A stretch of DNA of 64,000 nucleotides from Eledone cirrhosa. Taxonomy: Eukaryota. Of this stretch, positions 58,376 through 64,000 are shown one piece after another. The DNA is taken from assembly GCA_964016885.1 (NCBI GenBank), contig OZ024741.1:402070001-402134000 (forward strand), given 5' to 3'. Position 1 is the stretch's first letter. Each line of letters starts with the position of its first letter. Made by a program: the position numbers and the translations under genes. Under the pieces are notes generated by a model. That model saw only the letters and a list, made by a program, of their open reading frames with translations, was not told the origin of the DNA and made no database searches.

Positions 58376-58458
58376 TATATATACATTCATATATATAGAG
58401 AGATAGATAGATATAGACATACACACACACACAGATATATTTATACACACACACACTC

Positions 58459-58500
<42 letters not shown>

Positions 58501-58660
58501 ACCACTCCTACATTATTCCACAGGACAAAAGGTTCTTGGTATTCCAAATGAGTTACATATATACATATATATACACATATATATATATACATATATACAT
58601 ATATATACACATATATATACATATATACATATATACACATATATACATATTTCTACATAT

Positions 58661-59393
58661 ATCATCATCATCATCATCATCGTTTAACGTCCGTGTTCCA
58701 TGCTTGCATGGGTTTGGACGGAGGGTAGTCCCACTTGAGGCAAGAGTGGTTATCTTGCTCGCATAGGACTATCTGGCGGGTTTTCTACAGCTGGATGCCC
58801 TTCCTAACACCAACCACATTTACAGTGTGGGTCTGGGAGGTTTTTACCGTGTTGCCTACACGGCCACATTACAGCGTGGACTGTGTTTTTTTGTCGTGAC
58901 ACCTACACGATCTCATTTGTTTTGGCCTGGATGTTGTGGCACCAACATAACTTTACATTGAAAGGGGCGGTGTGGATGGGGTGGGGGTGGTGGGACGGGG
59001 GTGTATTTTGTTAGAGATGCCTACTGGCTGTAGTAGGTGTTACTATGTATTTAGGTAAGGCGGGTCTTCTCTGTTACTGAGTACCGCCAAAGGTCTCGGG
59101 CCAATGACATTGTCTTGGAGAGGTGTAAGCGTGTGAGGTCGGAATTTATCAGCTCGTCCCAGGTTTTTCTGGGTCTGCCTACTCCGTGGCTACCGTCTAT
59201 CTTTATTGCCCTGCACTTTGTTATACAGCTATTGTCCCCCATGCGCATCACGTGACCATACCAACGTAGCCTTCTCTCGAGTAAACAACATCTGATCCCT
59301 CTTATTTCTAATTTTTTCCTTAGTTCGTTTATGCTTTGCCGTTCACGTATATTACTATTACACATCCAGCGGAGCATGCAAGCTTCATTTCTC

Positions 59394-59397
<4 letters not shown>
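58661..59397 (-). mobile_element. RTE LINE 3' fragment (ORF2 C-terminus + UTR); closest relative of the satellite cassettes
   Basis: [13 protein letters not shown]...RRLRWYGHV...[25 protein letters not shown]. Confidence 0.9.
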
Positions 59398-59434
<37 letters not shown>

Positions 59435-60002
59435 TACACATATATATACATATATACATATATATACATATATACATATATATACATATATATACACATA
59501 TATATACATATATATACACATATATATATACATATATATATACACATATATATACATATATATACACATATATATACATATATGTACACATATATACATA
59601 TATACACATATATACATATATATACACATATATACACATATATACATATATACACATATATACATATATACACATATATATACATATATATACACATATA
59701 TACATATACACACATATATACATATATACACATATATACATATATATACACATATATACATATACACACATATATACATATATATACATATATATACATA
59801 TATATACATATATATATACATATATATACATATATATACACATATACATATATATATATATATACATATATACATATATACATATATATACATATATATA
59901 CATATATATATATATAAACATATACACATATATACATATATACACATATATACATATATATACATACATATACATATATACACACATATACACACATATA
60001 CA

Positions 60003-60052
<50 letters not shown>

Positions 60053-60346
60053 TACATACATATACATGTATACACATATATACATACATATACATATATA
60101 CACACATATACATACATATACATATATACACACATATACATACATATACATATATACACATATATACATACATATACATATACACACATATATACATACA
60201 TATACATATATACACATATATACACACATATACATATATATACACATATATACATACATATACATATATACACATATATACATACATATACATATATACA
60301 CATATATACATATATATACATATATACACATATATACATACATATG
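59398..60346. repeat. ~950-bp compound (TA)n/(TACA)n microsatellite
   Basis: Visible directly. Confidence 0.95.
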
Positions 60347-60902
60347 CATCATCATCATTTTACGTCTGCTTTTCCCTGCTTGCAAGGGTTGGATGGGTCC
60401 TATTCAGCACAGCATCTCTCCACTTGTCACGGTCCTTCGTCATCTCCACTGTGAGCTTCAGCGATCTGAAGTCCACTCTCACCACCTCCGCCCATGTTTT
60501 TCGTGGTCTACCTCTACGTCTTCCTTCTACTGGAATTTCTTGGCACTTCTTTACCCAGCGGTCATCCTGCATGCACATCAGATTGCCATATCATCTCAGT
60601 CTTCTCTCCTGCACACCACAACTTATCCCTCGTATACATAGTTTCTTTCTCAACACATTCATGCTTGGTCGTTCACACACATTGGCATTGCACATCCAAC
60701 GGCGCATGGTTGCTTCATTTCTCTCCAGCCGTTGCATATCTTCTGCAGTTGCTGCCCATGTCTCACTACCATGCAGCATCGCACATCTCACACAGGCATC
60801 ATATAACCGGCCTTTCGTACGCAGGGAGAAACTCTTCTTTGTCAACAAAGGAAGCAGCCCCCTAAACTTTTTCCAACCCGTCCTTATTCTAGATACTATG
60901 GC
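60347..60902 (-). mobile_element. RTE LINE (second family) 3' fragment
   Basis: [22 protein letters not shown] and RGRPRKTW, with a (GAT)n tail. Confidence 0.88.
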
Positions 60903-61149
60903 ATATATACACACATATACATACATATACACATATACACATATATACACACATATTCATACATATACACATGATGGCTGCCCCATCGTTATCGAGTATG
61001 GCCATTGCATGATATACCATTATTAATAATTATTAATTAATTTTTTCGTGCAATGCCTGTGCGTGAAGATATTTTTTTAAGTGAGGAAAGACTGTGCACT
61101 GAGCCAATCCCACTCTCTGAGCGACAGTAGCTATAACCTTAAAGAAGAA

Positions 61150-62120
61150 AAGATCAACATCCTCTATATACTCTGAGTATATAGAGGAGCCAGAACCAAA
61201 TGGGAAAAAATGGTAAATAATGACACAAATGTGACCTGCCCCTTGTATAGGAGCAAATTTTGGAATAGAATAGAAAGAACTAGGAATAAGGTTAATAGAA
61301 TAAACTCATTGTATGATAGCAATAAATACCAGAGTGTAGTGTTCATCGATACAACCCCTAGAGGTGAATTAGCTTACAAATTTAGAAGGGCCCTAGATAA
61401 ACATAAACTCAATATTAAGATAGTAGAAAGACCAGGTACCTCTATAAAAAACACTTATTAGCAATACATACCCTTTTCAAAGACCTCCCTGTAGAGATAA
61501 GAAATGTATAATCTGTAAATTAAGCCCCCATATTAACTGTAAAACTAGAAATGTAGTATATAGCATAAGATGTACTGAAGGACAATGTAGAGATAAGAAT
61601 ATAGTGTACATAGGTGAGACAGTTCGTAGTGTAGGGGAACGGATAAATGAACACTGGCGAGACCTTCAAGATAGTAAAGAATCATCTGTACTCTACCAAC
61701 ATGCTAAAATAGAACATAAGGGTAAATTAGAGAACATAGAAATAAAAATAGAATCTACACACAGAAAAGACGCAATGTTTAGTCAAATCACAGAGGCAAT
61801 AAACATAAATGAACTCCAACCTAAATTAAATAGAAAACATGAATGGAACAGCAACATCACAACTTACAATTAAGGACAAAATGAAAACACACACACGCAC
61901 ATAGAACAAACAACCAACCAGTAACATGTAAATAAACAAATAAATAAACAAATATAAACACACAGACACCCGGATGTAACACATGCGCAAACTAAGCACA
62001 CAATACACACAAAAACAAGATGGCGTAGGACAGAACAAAGGAGAGGCACAAAAACAAAGAAAAGAATCCCCAGTCACTGAAGAGATCACAGAATGTGTGA
62101 CGAAAGAACTTTGACAATAT
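61150..62120 (+). mobile_element. Penelope-like element 3' portion (Cys-rich linker + GIY-YIG endonuclease pseudogene + pLTR)
   Basis: IKIVERPG, CKTRNVVYSIRC, YIGETVRSVGERINEH and ITEAINI...PKLNRKHEW, with stops/frameshifts. Hammerhead motif downstream. Confidence 0.82.
62073..62115 (+). ncRNA. minimal type I hammerhead ribozyme motif
   Basis: GTCA-CTGAAGA-G(a)TCACA(GAATG)TGTGAC-GAA-AG(AA)CT-T-TGAC, ~200 bp after the GIY-YIG ORF. Confidence 0.7.
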
Positions 62121-62322
62121 ATAAACAATCATCTGGTTGTGGAACCAACCAACCAACCGGAAATTTATAAATTCCTAAATTTATAAATTTATTATAATAA
62201 ATTGAAGTGAAAGCAACTGGTGCGTGTGTTTCTTATTGGCAACATGACCCTCCCAAAGCATAACAATATCGGTTTCAACACACGTTTTCAGATAAAGAAT
62301 CTTGCTAAACAAATTAAGAAAC

Positions 62323-62396
<74 letters not shown>

Positions 62397-62397
<1 letters not shown>

Positions 62398-64000
62398 TAG
62401 CAGTTTAGCCCGACGTTGCTCGGGTTTGTTCATTTGCTATGAAAAGTTACATACAGGCAAACGTCGCTTGAAAGCGAATAAGCTTATCAATTAAGTGCAT
62501 AAAGCAGTTGAACCGGTTATTAAAAGTTACGAACCAATTAGAATTTTGGACAATCAAGGATGGGTTAATAATCTTCCAATAGCGAATTTAGTAGACCAAA
62601 GTTGCAAGATGGTGGCCCTGATGCCGCTGGGTGTCAGATCTGTCCGCCATAGGATACCCTACCAGGAAATAGTGTTCCAGACGGCATAGCTCCAACACCT
62701 GCACCAACATCTATAGCACCTCTTTGTAGACGATATTGCGTGTCATCCCTTGAGGAGTGTAAGCAAAAAGTCCATTCCTGCTCCCTATGCAGGGACAGGC
62801 AACATAAAGTTGGCCATGGGAGAGGCATGGCTCCCTCAAATGGATGCCCGTCACCGACAATGTTTGCCCTGGTGACTTGTTAATGGACATGGCAAAACAT
62901 AGTCTCACCGGGAATTGGGATCGCCGGAAATCGAACGGGATATCTGACGCCGAGGGGAAAAGGTTCATCCTTGGAATGAAAACATTCTCCCCTCTCCCAA
63001 ACCCCGTTACAATGGTGGCCTCAATCAAGTGGGGCATCAGTGACTTGACTGCTTTGGTGGATGCAAGTTCCTTATTAGCATAATGGGACAGCCAATAATG
63101 TGAGGAAGGAACCCTGGGGGCTCAAGGGAATTTAATAACTCAACCGGATAATTAACGATATCGTCGGGGTCTGACGTCCGGTCAATAGATTTGAAGATGT
63201 GCTCTTTACCGGGAATCTTCTCAATCAGCTGCTCATTAATAAAATTAACCATGGTATTTTTCGGAGCAAGGATGGCTATTTTGCTGAGCCAATCGAGGTT
63301 TTTAAAGTTAGATGAGACATTAGGAAAAAACCCAAAGGTCAGAAGGGCTGCTCACAATGTTGCACAGGGAGTCGATTGCTATGCCGCCCTTGTCATCCGC
63401 AGGGACCTTGCCCTCACCAAGTGCTAAAATGTTCTGAGCAAATGCTGCAGACGTTGTCACCATGCAAATGAGCACGCATATTTGTGCTCAGGTATAAACT
63501 CTTCACCTGGAGCCACAACATGGAGGACTTAAGGGAGGCACGCACTTCATCAGCTCTTGTCCCTTTGGGGATGACAGGCAGCGTTTGCCGAAAATCCACT
63601 GATAGTAGAAGGATTACGCCACCCATAGGAGCCGTAGAATCCCTAATGTCTTTCAGGGTCCTGTCCAATGCCTCAAGGGCACCCTTGTGTGCCATCGTTC
63701 ACTCATCCCAAACAATTAGGCAACATTTTTTGAGAACCAGAGCTTTGTGTGAACTCTTGCTGATATTGCATGTTGGTGTCTCAGTTTTTACTAAATCCAG
63801 GAGGAGTTTAAAGGTTGAATGTGCTGTCCTGCCTCCCGGCAGCAAAGTAGCAGCGATCCCGGATGATGCAACGGCCAACGCAACTTTTTTCTCCTGAAGA
63901 ATCTTAGCGAGAATCAATTTCGTTACAAAAGTTTTTCCGGTACCCCCAGGAGCGTTTTTTAATGGGGGGGGGGGGGTCCGTTTTTTATTGGGGGGATCCG
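62397..64000 (-). mobile_element. Helitron 3' portion with PIF1-family helicase pseudogene
   Basis: APGGTGKT (63953-63930), GGRTAHSTF, IVWDE*, DFRQTLP, QFPVRLCFAMSINKS.GQ and HGQLYVA. Hairpin CCCGA-CGTTGC-TCGGG (62409-62424) and a terminal CTAG|T in (TA)n. Confidence 0.92.

Noticed and set aside
59051-60641. 436-444-aa YI/HI-rich ORFs
   Set aside because: Read-through of a (TA)/(TACA) microsatellite fused to RTE fragments.
62711-63955. Host PIF1 helicase gene
   Set aside because: Intronless, with stops and frameshifts, and followed by a Helitron hairpin-CTAG end.
63955-64000. Homopolymer-rich end of the window as a distinct feature
   Set aside because: Too short to interpret. It may be low-quality sequence.

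Overview
Gene-free, repeat-saturated eukaryotic DNA. It is most likely from an octopus or other cephalopod, which I infer from the SINE/RTE sequence style and dense (TA)n/(CA)n/(GAT)n tracts; this is not verified. Bases 1-24.4 kb are an array of a 30-bp AT-rich satellite co-amplified with 8 copies of one 5'-truncated RTE-LINE 3' end, including a 7,942-bp higher-order duplication. Bases 24.4-37.6 kb are nested decayed transposons: a CR1/L2-type LINE, a Penelope-like GIY-YIG element, a DD36E Tc1 element, a non-autonomous Helitron, a non-coding LTR element, SINEs and RTE pieces. Bases 37.6-48 kb hold a 6-kb (CAACCACC)-type degenerate repeat and two TE-derived minisatellites (a 45-bp SINE head and a 48-bp RTE/SINE 3' unit). 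Bases 48-64 kb hold RTE fragments (one with a PHD finger inside ORF2), many fold-back structures, a second Penelope-like element and a Helitron helicase 3' end. Seven hammerhead-ribozyme-like motifs can be read directly from the sequence. No intact host or TE ORF is visible, and nearly all long ORFs in the track are repeat artefacts. Coordinates were counted by eye, so edges may be off by a few bases.
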